64,000 nucleotides of DNA from positions 57,613 through 121,612 of the forward strand of contig CANQCS010000001.1 of NCBI GenBank assembly GCA_947589745.1, in the 5' to 3' direction. Positions within the stretch are counted from its first letter, which is position 1, and each line of letters opens with the position of its first letter. This stretch comes from an uncultured Oscillospiraceae bacterium. Lineage in GTDB: Bacteria; Bacillota; Clostridia; Oscillospirales; Oscillospiraceae. The notes below the pieces were generated by a model. It ran no database searches. It saw nothing but the letters and a program-made list of their open reading frames with translations, and was not told where the DNA came from. The translations under genes were made by a program, and so were the position numbers. Shown here piece by piece: positions 34,745 to 44,351 of the stretch.

Positions 34745-37700
34745 ATGGCAAGAAAGTTTAAGTCCATGGACGGCAACAACGCGGCGGCGCACGTTTCCTA
34801 CGCGTTCTCCGAGGTTGCGGCGATCTACCCGATCACCCCGTCCAGCCCCATGGCCGACCTGGTCGACCAGTGGTCCGCCAACGGACTGAAGAACATCTTC
34901 GGCACCCAGGTCAAGGTGGTCGAGATGCAGTCCGAGGCCGGCGCCGCCGGCGCGGTCCACGGCTCTCTGGGCGCAGGCGCGCTCACCAGCACCTACACCG
35001 CCTCCCAGGGCCTGCTGCTGATGATCCCCAACATGTACAAGATCGCGGCCGAGCAGCTGCCCACCGTCTTCCACGTCTCCGCCCGTACCGTCTCCACCCA
35101 CGCCCTGAACATCTTCGGCGACCACTCCGACGTCATGGCCTGCCGCCAGACCGGCTTCGCCATGCTGGCTGAGGGCAGTGTGCAGGAGGTCATGGACCTC
35201 TCCCCCGTGGCCCATCTGGCCGCCATCAGCGGCAAGGTGCCCTTCATCAACTTCTTCGACGGCTTCCGGACCTCCCACGAGATCCAGAAGGTGGCTGTGT
35301 GGGACTATGAGGATCTGAAGGACATGTGCGACATGGAGGCCGTTGAGGAGTTCCGTAAGCACGCCCTGAATCCTGAGCACCCCGCCACCCGCGGCAGCCA
35401 TGAGAACGGCGATATCTTCTTCCAGCACCGCGAGGCCTGCAACAAGTATTACGATGCCCTTCCCGCTGTCGTTGAGAAGTACATGGACAAGATCAACGAG
35501 AAGATCGGCACCGACTATAAGCTGTTCAACTACTACGGCGCTCCCGACGCTGACCGCGTCATCATCGCCATGGGCTCCATCTGCGACGTGGCCGAGGAAG
35601 TCATCGACTACCTGAACGCCCACGGCGAGAAGGTGGGCCTGGTGAAGGTCCGCCTGTACCGCCCGTTCGCGGCTGACCGTCTCATCGCCGCCATCCCCGC
35701 CACCGCCAAGAAGATCGCCGTTCTGGACCGCACCAAGGAGCCCGGCGCCCAGGGCGAGCCTCTCTATCTGGATGTGGTCACCGCTCTGGCCAACGCCGGT
35801 ATGTCCGACGTCAAGGTCATCGGCGGCCGCTACGGCCTGGGCAGCAAGGACACCCCGCCGTCCAGCGTGTTCGCTGTCTACACCGAGTTGGCTCTGGATA
35901 ACCCCCGCCGCCAGTTCACCATCGGCATCGTGGACGACGTCACCGGCCTCAGCCTGCCGGAGGTCCCCGCTCCCAACACCGCCGCGGAAGGCACCATCGA
36001 GTGCAAGTTCTGGGGTCTCGGCGGCGACGGCACCGTGGGCGCCAACAAGAACTCCACCAAGATCATCGGCGACCACACCGACAAGTACATCCAGGCCTAC
36101 TTCCAGTACGACTCCAAGAAGACCGGCGGCGTGACCATCAGCCACCTGCGCTTCGGCGACAAGCCCATCAAGAGCCCGTACTACATCAACAAGGCCGACT
36201 TCGTGGCCTGCCACGTGCCCGCCTACATCATCAAGGGCTTCCCCATGGTCCGCGACGTGAAGGACGGCGGCGTGTTCCTCATCAACTGCCAGTGGAACGA
36301 CGAGGAGCTGGATAAGCACATGCCCGCCGTGGCCAAGCGCTACATCGCCGAGCACAACATCCAGGTCTACACCATCAACGCCATCGACCTGGCCATCGAG
36401 ATCGGCATGGGCAAGCGCACCAACACCATCCTCCAGTCCGCTTTCTTCACCCTGGCCAAGGTCATGCCCGAGGAGGACGCCATCCGCTACATGAAGGAGG
36501 CCGCCAAGAAGTCCTACTCCAAGAAGGGCATGGACATCGTGGAGATGAACTACAAGGCCATCGACGCCGGCGCCACCGCCTTCAAGAAGTTCGACGTGCC
36601 CGCCTCCTGGGCCACCGCCGAGGATAAGAAGGTCGAGGTCCAGCGCACCGGCAAGCCCGAGCTGGTCACCATGGTCAGCGAGATCCTTGACCCCGTGGGC
36701 CGCATGGACGGCGACAGCCTGCCCGTGTCCGCCTTCATGAACCACGTGGACGGCCAGTTCGAGCTGGGCGCCAGCGCCTATGAGAAGCGCGGCGTGGCCG
36801 TGTCCGTCCCCACCTGGGATCCCACCAAGTGCATCCAGTGCAACAACTGCGCCTATGTCTGCCCCCACGCCACCATCCGCGCCTATGCCCTGACCGAGGA
36901 CGAGGTCAAGAACGCCCCCGAGGGCCTGAAGACCGCCCCCATCAAGGCCGGCAAGGGCAAGGGCGTCTACACCTACGCCATCGGCGTCAGCCCGCTGGAC
37001 TGCATGGGCTGCGGCGTCTGCGTGGAGCAGTGCCTGGCCAAGGATAAGGCCATCAAGATGGTGCCCCAGGAGGGCGAGGCCCAGCAGGCCAAGGTCTGGG
37101 ATTACCTGGTGCAGACCGCTCCCAAGGCCGACGTCCAGGACAACACCGTCAAGGGCAGCCAGTTCAAGCAGCCCTACCTCCAGTTCTCCGGCTCCTGCGC
37201 CGGCTGCGCCGAGACCAGCTATGCCCGTCTCGTCACCCAGCTCTTCGGCGACCATATGTACATCTCCAACGCCACCGGCTGCTCCTCCATCTGGGGCGGT
37301 CCCGCCGCCACCAGCCCCTACTGCACCAACAGCGAGGGCAAGGGTCCCGCGTGGTGCAACTCCCTCTTCGAGGATAACGCGGAGCACGGCCTCGGCATGT
37401 ACATCGGCCAGAAGGCTCTCCGCAACGCCCTGGCTGAGAAGACCAAGGCCCTCATCGCCATCGACTGGACCGTTCCCGAGCTGAAGGCCGCCGCCCAGGC
37501 TTGGCTGGACACCATGGACGACGGCGAGGCCAACCAGGCCGCCACCAAGGCCTACATCGCCGCCCTGGAGGACGGTGTGTGCGACGGCTGCCAGTGCGAC
37601 GCCTGCAAGCTGGCCCGTGAGATCCTGGCCCAGAAGGAGTACCTGAACAAGAAGTCCGTGTGGATCTTCGGCGGCGACGGCTGGGCCTACGACATCGGCT

Positions 37701-38305
37701 ACGGCGGTCTGGACCACGTCCTGGCCTCCGGCGAGGATGTCAACGTCTTCGTCTTCGACACCGAGGTGTATTCCAACACCGGCGGTCAGGCCTCCAAGGC
37801 CTCCAACATCGGCCAGGTGGCCCAGTTCGCCGCCGCCGGTAAGGAGATGAAGAAGAAGAGCCTCAGCGAGATCGCCATGCAGTACGGCTACGTCTACGTG
37901 GCGCAGGTGGCCATGGGCGCCAACACCGCGCAGACCATCAAGGCCATCGCCGAGGCCGAGGCCTATCACGGCCCGTCCCTGATCATCGGCTACGCCCCCT
38001 GCGAGATGCACAGCATCAAGGGCGGCATGCTCAACTGCCAGAAGGAAATGAAGAAGGCCGTGGAGTGCGGCTACTGGAACCTGTTCCGCTTCAATCCCGC
38101 CCTGGCTGCCGAGGGCAAGAACCCCTTCACCCTGGACAGCAAGGCGCCCGCCGGCGGCTATCAGGAGTTCCTGCTCAACGAGGCCCGTTATGCCCGCCTG
38201 ACCCGCGAGTTCCCCGAGCGCGCCGAGGTCCTGTTCGCCAAGAACGAGGCTGCTGCCAAGGAGCGCTATGAGCACCTGGTCAAGCTCATTGAGCTCTATA
38301 AGTAA
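34745..38305 (+). CDS. nifJ: pyruvate:ferredoxin (flavodoxin) oxidoreductase
   Basis: 1186 aa. MARKFKSMDGNNAAAHVSYAFSEVAAIYPITPSS, ferredoxin insert CIQCNNCAYVCP / CMGCGVCVEQC, and TPP motif GGDGWAYDIGYGGLDHV. Confidence 0.95.
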   Translation: MARKFKSMDGNNAAAHVSYAFSEVAAIYPITPSSPMADLVDQWSANGLKNIFGTQVKVVEMQSEAGAAGAVHGSLGAGALTSTYTASQGLLLMIPNMYKIAAEQLPTVFHVSARTVSTHALNIFGDHSDVMACRQTGFAMLAEGSVQEVMDLSPVAHLAAISGKVPFINFFDGFRTSHEIQKVAVWDYEDLKDMCDMEAVEEFRKHALNPEHPATRGSHENGDIFFQHREACNKYYDALPAVVEKYMDKINEKIGTDYKLFNYYGAPDADRVIIAMGSICDVAEEVIDYLNAHGEKVGLVKVRLYRPFAADRLIAAIPATAKKIAVLDRTKEPGAQGEPLYLDVVTALANAGMSDVKVIGGRYGLGSKDTPPSSVFAVYTELALDNPRRQFTIGIVDDVTGLSLPEVPAPNTAAEGTIECKFWGLGGDGTVGANKNSTKIIGDHTDKYIQAYFQYDSKKTGGVTISHLRFGDKPIKSPYYINKADFVACHVPAYIIKGFPMVRDVKDGGVFLINCQWNDEELDKHMPAVAKRYIAEHNIQVYTINAIDLAIEIGMGKRTNTILQSAFFTLAKVMPEEDAIRYMKEAAKKSYSKKGMDIVEMNYKAIDAGATAFKKFDVPASWATAEDKKVEVQRTGKPELVTMVSEILDPVGRMDGDSLPVSAFMNHVDGQFELGASAYEKRGVAVSVPTWDPTKCIQCNNCAYVCPHATIRAYALTEDEVKNAPEGLKTAPIKAGKGKGVYTYAIGVSPLDCMGCGVCVEQCLAKDKAIKMVPQEGEAQQAKVWDYLVQTAPKADVQDNTVKGSQFKQPYLQFSGSCAGCAETSYARLVTQLFGDHMYISNATGCSSIWGGPAATSPYCTNSEGKGPAWCNSLFEDNAEHGLGMYIGQKALRNALAEKTKALIAIDWTVPELKAAAQAWLDTMDDGEANQAATKAYIAALEDGVCDGCQCDACKLAREILAQKEYLNKKSVWIFGGDGWAYDIGYGGLDHVLASGEDVNVFVFDTEVYSNTGGQASKASNIGQVAQFAAAGKEMKKKSLSEIAMQYGYVYVAQVAMGANTAQTIKAIAEAEAYHGPSLIIGYAPCEMHSIKGGMLNCQKEMKKAVECGYWNLFRFNPALAAEGKNPFTLDSKAPAGGYQEFLLNEARYARLTREFPERAEVLFAKNEAAAKERYEHLVKLIELYK

Positions 38306-38328
38306 GCGAATTATCTGACGATACCCTT

Positions 38329-38364
38329 GAAGGGCCCGGACTTTCGTCCGGGCCCTTCTTTTTC
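38329..38364 (+). terminator. intrinsic terminator after nifJ
   Basis: GAAGGGCCCGGA-CTTTCG-TCCGGGCCCTTC followed by TTTTT. Confidence 0.85.
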
Positions 38365-38494
38365 GTATAAGTGCCATTGCCGATGGAGTCGTTGCCTCCC
38401 TTTCTCTACTATCCCGAGCAGTTGCGCCCAGCCTGTGGGACTATAAGCTTGCACTTGATAGAGCAAAGTGGGAATCCGGTTTTCAAAAACAGTC

Positions 38495-38523
38495 TTGACA
38501 GAAGAAGTTAGCGGTAGTAAACT
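38495..38523 (+). promoter_or_regulatory. candidate promoter upstream of the BAAT-hydrolase/HMA genes
   Basis: TTGACA, 17-nt spacer, TAAACT. It overlaps the first of three GTTAG-N6-CTAAC-like inverted repeats. Confidence 0.45.
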
Positions 38524-38737
38524 GAATCTATCTCAAATGTTAGCTGTTGCTAACTTTTTTGTAGATAGGAATAGAGCCCTTGATGAAAGGTAGCCGTATC
38601 GTGTTGGGCAAAGCGGCGGCAAGCCGCATCAGGATATAAATGCCGGCAGTGCCGCTTGTGGAGTGACATTGCTTAAGGGCGATGGTTAGATACTACTAAC
38701 TTTCGATGAACATACAAGGGATGGAGAATCGGAAACC

Positions 38738-39652
38738 ATGAAATCAAACGCAGAACGTGCGCGGGAACGGTTGACTTTGACGCCGGCGGTCGAGTTTACA
38801 CTGGAGAAGGACGGCTTCATCGGCGCGCTGTACAGGCCGGAACGAGACGAATATCCTGGAAAAGCCGTCATCATGTTCGGCGGCAGCGACGGGATCTACG
38901 ACCTCACGAAGCTGGTTGCGGAGCAGTATGTAAAACGGGGAATGACGGTTCTTGCGCTGGCCTATTGGAATGAACCCGGTCTGCCGGACCGATTTGAAAA
39001 AGTCCCGGTGGATGCGGTGGAAAAAGCGGCGCTTTGGCTCCGGGAGCATGGGTACGGGAAAGTGGGGCTGTGGGGCATTTCCATGGGCGCGGAGCTGGCG
39101 CTGCTGGCCGGAAGCCTGATGCCGGGGTTGATCTCCTGCGTGACGGCGGTGTGCCCGACGAACATCTGCGGGCAGGGTTTTGTGAAGAAAAAGGGCATTA
39201 TGCCGCTGGAATGTTCCTCATTCAGCTGGCGGGGTGAGGAACTGCCCTGGGCGAGGCTGAAGTTCTCCAGGGCCGCCATTCTTCGGGACAGCCTGCGGGA
39301 AAAGGGAATATGCCTGCGCTCCTGCTATGAGGACGCGGTGCTCCACGCAACCGAGGAGGCGCAGATCAAGGTGGAGAACATCAGCGGCCCGGTGCTGCTG
39401 CTCTACCCGGAGCACGATGGCATGTGGCCCTCTGAGCTGTCGGCGGAAAGGATCAGGCTGCGGCTGAAGGCAAAGAACTTCGCCCATCCCTGTCAGTGCG
39501 TCAGCTACCAATATGCCAGCCATATGCTGGTCCCGGTAAAGTCCCGGTCTACGGTCATGTTTCGGGTAGAGCGGAAATACCCGGAGCAGTGCTGGGAGAG
39601 CGACATGGACGCCTTTGAAAAGACGCTGAAATTTTGGAAAGAGGCTTGGTGA
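38738..39652 (+). CDS. alpha/beta hydrolase, BAAT/acyl-CoA thioester hydrolase C-terminal-domain family
   Basis: 304 aa with nucleophile elbow GISMGAE. The overall pattern resembles dienelactone-hydrolase/BAAT_C proteins. Confidence 0.6.
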   Translation: MKSNAERARERLTLTPAVEFTLEKDGFIGALYRPERDEYPGKAVIMFGGSDGIYDLTKLVAEQYVKRGMTVLALAYWNEPGLPDRFEKVPVDAVEKAALWLREHGYGKVGLWGISMGAELALLAGSLMPGLISCVTAVCPTNICGQGFVKKKGIMPLECSSFSWRGEELPWARLKFSRAAILRDSLREKGICLRSCYEDAVLHATEEAQIKVENISGPVLLLYPEHDGMWPSELSAERIRLRLKAKNFAHPCQCVSYQYASHMLVPVKSRSTVMFRVERKYPEQCWESDMDAFEKTLKFWKEAW

Positions 39653-39664
39653 AAGGAGAAAACC

Positions 39665-39919
39665 ATGGAAAAAATCACAGTGAAAATCGACGGCATGATG
39701 TGCGGGATGTGCGAGTCCCACATCAACGACGCCATCCGCCGGGCGTTCCCGGTGAAGAAAGTCACATCCTCCCACAAAAAGGGCGAGGCGGAGATCCTGA
39801 CGGAGGACCCCATTGACGAGGCCGCCCTCCGCTCGGCCATCGGCGCCACGGGATACCGGGTGCTGTCCGTGGAGAGCGGGCCCTATGAGAAAAAAGGACT
39901 GTTCGGTTTTCTGAGATAG
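39665..39919 (+). CDS. heavy-metal-associated (HMA) domain protein
   Basis: 84 aa. MEKITVKIDGMMCGMCESHINDAI carries the GMxCxxC metal-binding loop. AAAGGAGAAAACC upstream. Confidence 0.8.
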   Translation: MEKITVKIDGMMCGMCESHINDAIRRAFPVKKVTSSHKKGEAEILTEDPIDEAALRSAIGATGYRVLSVESGPYEKKGLFGFLR

Positions 39920-40210
39920 GATCGAAGCGGGAGGTGACAAGGCTATGATGACCGGCAAGCGGGTCCTGGGGCTGGCTCCGCTGACGCTGTTTCTCTGTCC
40001 AAGCTTCGTGAGCCTCCCGGCGGCCGTTATTTGACGAGGATATCCTGCAGCCCGTCCGCCAATTCAGCCGGGGTTTCCCTGCATCTGTATTTTATCCGTC
40101 TCGATTTTCTTTACGGATGCGCCAAAAGGGGGTTTCTGTGTTATCATCCATTTAAGAGCTTAAACAGGTGATTGGGAACAGCTATGGAAATCTGGAAGGA
40201 GAAAAACGCC

Positions 40211-40936
40211 ATGCCCTTTATTCAGGCAGTGATGCCGCAGTTCCGGGACGCGGATGAGGACGGCCTCATCGGGATCCGCGGCTGTATGCGGGCTTTCCAG
40301 GATATCCACACATGGTATATGCACTCGGTCAACAAGGGCAACGACGTTCTGCCGGAAACATACGGGGCCGTCTGGGTCTATACACGCTATCAGATCCATC
40401 TGGAGCGGAAGCTGGACTATTCCGGTCCGGCGGCCCTGACCGCGTGGATCGAGCCGCAGAAGTCGTCGATCCGCGTCCTGGCCAATATGGAGATCCGCCA
40501 GAACGGTGTGCTCATGGCGCAGGGCCGGCTGGAGAGCTGCGTCGTCAGCCTGGAGAAGCGGATGCCTCTCCGCCTGCAGGCGGTGGATTTTCCTTCGGAT
40601 ATGGCGGAAGATATCCCCCACGGCATCCCGGAGTTCCGCAAGCTGAGGAAGGACGCGGAGGGGATGCAGACGCGATACTTTCGGGCCGTCCGGGTCTCCG
40701 ATCTGGACAAGAGCCGGCACATGACCAATCTCCGCTATATCGAGATGTTCCAGGACGCCTACGACAGCGCCTTCTGGGAGGCGTTCCAGCCAAAGGAAAT
40801 GGAGATCCGCTTCCTGTCCCAGTGCGTGGAGGGGGAGCACCTCACGGTCAGGAGCCGGGAGGAGGAGAACGCCGTCTATCTTGCCGCGCTGCATGAGGAC
40901 GAGACGGTGGCCTCCGTGGCGGTGTTCGCGCGGTGA
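40211..40936 (+). CDS. acyl-ACP thioesterase-family protein
   Basis: ORF 40172..40936. I prefer ATG 40211 because GGAAGGAGA lies 8 nt upstream. It has a double hot-dog length and a DLDKSRHMTNLRYIEMF motif resembling the D-x-N-x-H-V-N-N region of the family. Confidence 0.6.
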   Translation: MPFIQAVMPQFRDADEDGLIGIRGCMRAFQDIHTWYMHSVNKGNDVLPETYGAVWVYTRYQIHLERKLDYSGPAALTAWIEPQKSSIRVLANMEIRQNGVLMAQGRLESCVVSLEKRMPLRLQAVDFPSDMAEDIPHGIPEFRKLRKDAEGMQTRYFRAVRVSDLDKSRHMTNLRYIEMFQDAYDSAFWEAFQPKEMEIRFLSQCVEGEHLTVRSREEENAVYLAALHEDETVASVAVFAR

Positions 40937-41430
40937 GGCGCTGTCATATATCGCGATCTGGCCATGATGCCCGAGCCGGGTGTCATGGTGGGCTGGAACA
41001 GCCCCGTTGCTATTGTAATGACTTTGTTAGGTGTGCTCTTATATCCAAATGACAACTTCCAGATTGCAGAAAGTTTTTCGGCGCACACGGTGGCGCGAAA
41101 TTCTGTGAGGCTTTTGGGACGCACCGAAGCGCTTCCGCCCCCCTTGGGACGGGGGCGCTTCCCTGTTTTTAGCAGGCACAGTCCGGAGATAACGGACCTG
41201 CGGCGGCCTGTCAGACTGCACAAAATTGTTTGCTCCGGTTGTAAAAATTTTTCACTCCGTGCTTTTGCCAGCAGGGGATGCCGCAGATTGTGCCGTTGGG
41301 CAAAACAACAGCGGAAGCGGCCGCTTACTGCGATTTGTTCGTTGATATTGACACATTTGTCTGTAATATGCACACAAAACAATAATTGTTTGGCTGTCAA
41401 AAAAATTTTTAGGTTTTTTCAGAAAAGCTA

Positions 41431-41459
41431 TTTACAATTTGTTCATAAGGTGCTAGAAT
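41431..41459 (+). promoter_or_regulatory. candidate promoter of the SSS transporter gene
   Basis: TTTACA, 17-nt spacer, TAGAAT, with TGC upstream (extended -10). About 80 nt upstream of the ATG. Confidence 0.5.
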
Positions 41460-41542
41460 ATACATATCTTTTTGGTTTCGACGTTTCAGACCGGGAGAAG
41501 GGCGAAACCAGGAAGAATATTTCATTTTCGGAGGTACCGATT

Positions 41543-42976
41543 ATGCAACTTCAGATCGTCCCCCTGGTCATCGTCGTGGCCTACCTGGTCGGTATGCTGG
41601 TCGTCGGCTTCATCGTCGGCAAGCTGAAGATCAAGGACAGCCAGGACTACATGCTGGCCGGCCGGAGAATGGGCCTCTTTATGGTGGCTTTCTCCCTCTC
41701 CGCCAACAACATCGGCGGCGGCTGCACCACCGGCCTCGCCCAGAAAGCTTTCGGCTCCTGGGGCATGAGCGCCATCTGGTACGTGCTGGCCGCGTCCATC
41801 GCCATGATCCCCCTGGCATACTTTGCCCCCAAGATCCGCAAGACCATGGCCGTCACCATTCCTGAGGTGGTGGGCCGCCGCTTCGGCAAGGCTTCCTCCA
41901 CCTTCACGGCCATCCTGAGCATCCTGTCCCTGTTCTGCCTGACCTCCTCCCAGATCGCCGCCTCCGGCACCGTGGTGGCCACCCTGACGGGCATCCCCAC
42001 CAACGTGGCCCTGGTGATCGCCGGACTGGTCATCATCCTCTACACCACCTTCGGCGGCATGATCGCCGACCAGATCTCCGACCTGGTCCAGTTCATCATC
42101 ATCCTGGTGGGTCTCGCCATCGCCACGCCCTTTGTCATCAACGGCTGCGGCGGCTGGGAGGCCATCTCCGCCAAGCTGCCCCCGGTGCAGCTGAGCTTCA
42201 CCAAGATCGGCTGGGTCACCATCATCGGCTACATCTTCAACTACTTCTGCACCTTCCTGGCCGGCCCCGAGATGGTCTCCCGCTTCGAGACCGCCAAGGA
42301 CGAGAAGACCGCCCAGAACGCCTCCTGGCTGTCCGCCATCCTCATGGCCGCCATGTCCGTCTTCCCCACCCTGCTGGGCCTGGCCGCCCTGGCTGTCCAG
42401 GACACCATCCCCAACCTGGCTGAGAACGGCAGCAACGCCATGATGGCCGTCACCAGCGCCCACGCCCCCGGCGTCATCGTGGGCCTGATCTCCGCCGCCA
42501 TCATCTGCGCCACCATGTCCTCCGCCGACTCCAACCTGCTGTGCATGTCCACCATGGTCATCAACGACCTGTACCTGGGCCTGGGCGGCAAGAAGAACCT
42601 GACGGAGAAGCAGATCGTGTTCGCCACCCGTGCCTGCAACGTCGGGGCGGCCGTCATCGCCATGCTGATCTCCATGCTGGGAGTGCCCATCACCACCATG
42701 AACACCTTCGCTTTCGGCATCCGCTGCGCCGGTCCCTTCGCCGCCTACGGCCTGGGCCTGGCCGTGCCCAAGGCCACCAAGAACTCCGGCATCATCTCCC
42801 TGGTGGCCGGTACCATCGGCTTTATCTTCTGGCAGTACCTCAACGGCGGCGACTTCTACCTGGGCATCCTGCCCGTGGTGTTCGGCTGCGCCGTCAGCGT
42901 CGTGGTCTTCTTCGCGGTCAACGCCATCGAGTGGAAGCGCGGCGTGGCTGCGGCTCCCTCCGCTTACATTGACTAA
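41543..42976 (+). CDS. sodium:solute symporter (SSS) family transporter
   Basis: ORF trimmed to ATG 41543 (GGAGGT upstream). 477 aa, about 13 TM helices, and an MLAGRRMGLFMVAFSLSANNIGGG motif typical of the SSS family. Confidence 0.8.
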   Translation: MQLQIVPLVIVVAYLVGMLVVGFIVGKLKIKDSQDYMLAGRRMGLFMVAFSLSANNIGGGCTTGLAQKAFGSWGMSAIWYVLAASIAMIPLAYFAPKIRKTMAVTIPEVVGRRFGKASSTFTAILSILSLFCLTSSQIAASGTVVATLTGIPTNVALVIAGLVIILYTTFGGMIADQISDLVQFIIILVGLAIATPFVINGCGGWEAISAKLPPVQLSFTKIGWVTIIGYIFNYFCTFLAGPEMVSRFETAKDEKTAQNASWLSAILMAAMSVFPTLLGLAALAVQDTIPNLAENGSNAMMAVTSAHAPGVIVGLISAAIICATMSSADSNLLCMSTMVINDLYLGLGGKKNLTEKQIVFATRACNVGAAVIAMLISMLGVPITTMNTFAFGIRCAGPFAAYGLGLAVPKATKNSGIISLVAGTIGFIFWQYLNGGDFYLGILPVVFGCAVSVVVFFAVNAIEWKRGVAAAPSAYID

Positions 42977-43106
42977 CACGCAAACCTGATACAAAACACA
43001 TTCGTACAGCAAGGGGCTGTCCCGCGAGCGCGGGGCAGCCCCTTATTTTGCAAGTAGGGAAAGGGCGGCGCCTGTCCGGGCACCACCCTTTCCGCTTTTC
43101 CCGCCG

Positions 43107-44300
43107 TCACTGGCAGGCCAAGGTATCCTGATAGAACTGGTCCATCTCCTCCCGCGTGGGGAAGACGGCAATATACATCTGGTCGCCCATGGCCCCGGCC
43201 AGCACCTGGGGGATGCGGCCCACCAGCTTCATCCGGGCGCCGTACTTGCGCATGATGTCCTCATGGCTGTTGACGAACTTCTTGCCGTCCCGGCGGCCCA
43301 GGTAGGCGCAGAAGTAGTGGTCCTTCTCCGGGGTGCTGGTCTTGTCAAAGGCGATCATGTCCGCCCAGACCTTGTACACGTTGGTGCCGTGGGCGTAGTC
43401 GATCATGTCCGGGGTGTAGCCGCCGCTGGGGCGCATGTTGACCTCCAGGCCCACTAAGTCTCCCTTTTTGCCCAGCCCAGCCTGGTCTTGAGTGAGGCGG
43501 AAGAACTCAAAGTGGATGAACCGGCTCTTCACGCCGAAGGCCTTGGCGGTGGCCCGGCCCGCAGCCCGGGTATCCTCCGGCAGGTCCCGGAGGATGTAGT
43601 AGATGGAGTTGTCCGCGTCGTTGACGATGTCCATGATGGACATGGGGGTCACGTTGCCCGCCTCGAACATGGGCTCGCCCTTGGAGTCATATATGGCGTC
43701 GTAGGAGTTCACCTCCGCGTGGACGAACTCCTCCATGATATAGCTGATCTTGGGGCTGCGCTTGGCCAGGAACTGGACCAGGTCCTCCTCCGTCTTCAGA
43801 GCGTGGGTGTCGGAGGCCCCCACGCCGTTGTCCGGCTTCACCACCACGGGGTAGCCCACCTCCGCGATGAACGCACTGCAGTCCTCCAGGCCCTCCACGA
43901 TGTGGTACCGCGCCGTGGGGACCCCGGCCCTCCGGTAGAACTCCTTCATCCGGGATTTCAGCTTGATAGGGGGCATGTCCGACTCCTGGAAGCCGGAGGT
44001 GATGTGGAAGGCGGTGCGGAGTTTGGCGTCCCGCTCCAGCCAGTACTCGTTGTTGGACTCCAGCCAGTCGATGGGGCCGTGCTTAAAGATGAGGAACGCC
44101 ACGGCCCGGTACACCGCGTCGTAGTTCTCCAGGTTGTCCACCTTGTAATACTCGGTCAGGTTCTCCTTCAGCCCGGCGCTGAGCCGGTCGTAGGGCTCGT
44201 CGCCGATGCCCAGCACATTCATGCCGTTGGCCTTCAGCTCCCGGCAGAAGAGCCAGTAGTTGGCGGGGAAATTGGGGGAGATAAAAATAAAGTTTTTCAT
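43107..44300 (-). CDS. ATP-grasp domain protein (carboxylate-amine/thiol ligase-like)
   Basis: 397 aa, MKNFIFISPNFPANYW..., with an ATP-grasp core (GYPVVVKPDNGVGASDTH ... EFVHAEVNSYDAIYD ... LEVNMRPSGG). Confidence 0.7.
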   Translation of the reverse strand: MKNFIFISPNFPANYWLFCRELKANGMNVLGIGDEPYDRLSAGLKENLTEYYKVDNLENYDAVYRAVAFLIFKHGPIDWLESNNEYWLERDAKLRTAFHITSGFQESDMPPIKLKSRMKEFYRRAGVPTARYHIVEGLEDCSAFIAEVGYPVVVKPDNGVGASDTHALKTEEDLVQFLAKRSPKISYIMEEFVHAEVNSYDAIYDSKGEPMFEAGNVTPMSIMDIVNDADNSIYYILRDLPEDTRAAGRATAKAFGVKSRFIHFEFFRLTQDQAGLGKKGDLVGLEVNMRPSGGYTPDMIDYAHGTNVYKVWADMIAFDKTSTPEKDHYFCAYLGRRDGKKFVNSHEDIMRKYGARMKLVGRIPQVLAGAMGDQMYIAVFPTREEMDQFYQDTLACQ

Positions 44301-44351
44301 GGCGCGCCTCGATCCTTTCCTCTATGTAGCGTCTTTTTCTGCGGGCGGAGG

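Noticed and set aside
39945-40034. 29-aa ORF MMTGKRVLGLAPLTLFLCPSFVSLPAAVI with an RBS (GGGAGGTGA)
   Set aside because: It looks like the signal-peptide/lipobox fragment of a truncated lipoprotein gene. It is too short and lacks a mature domain, so it is noted only as a possible gene remnant.
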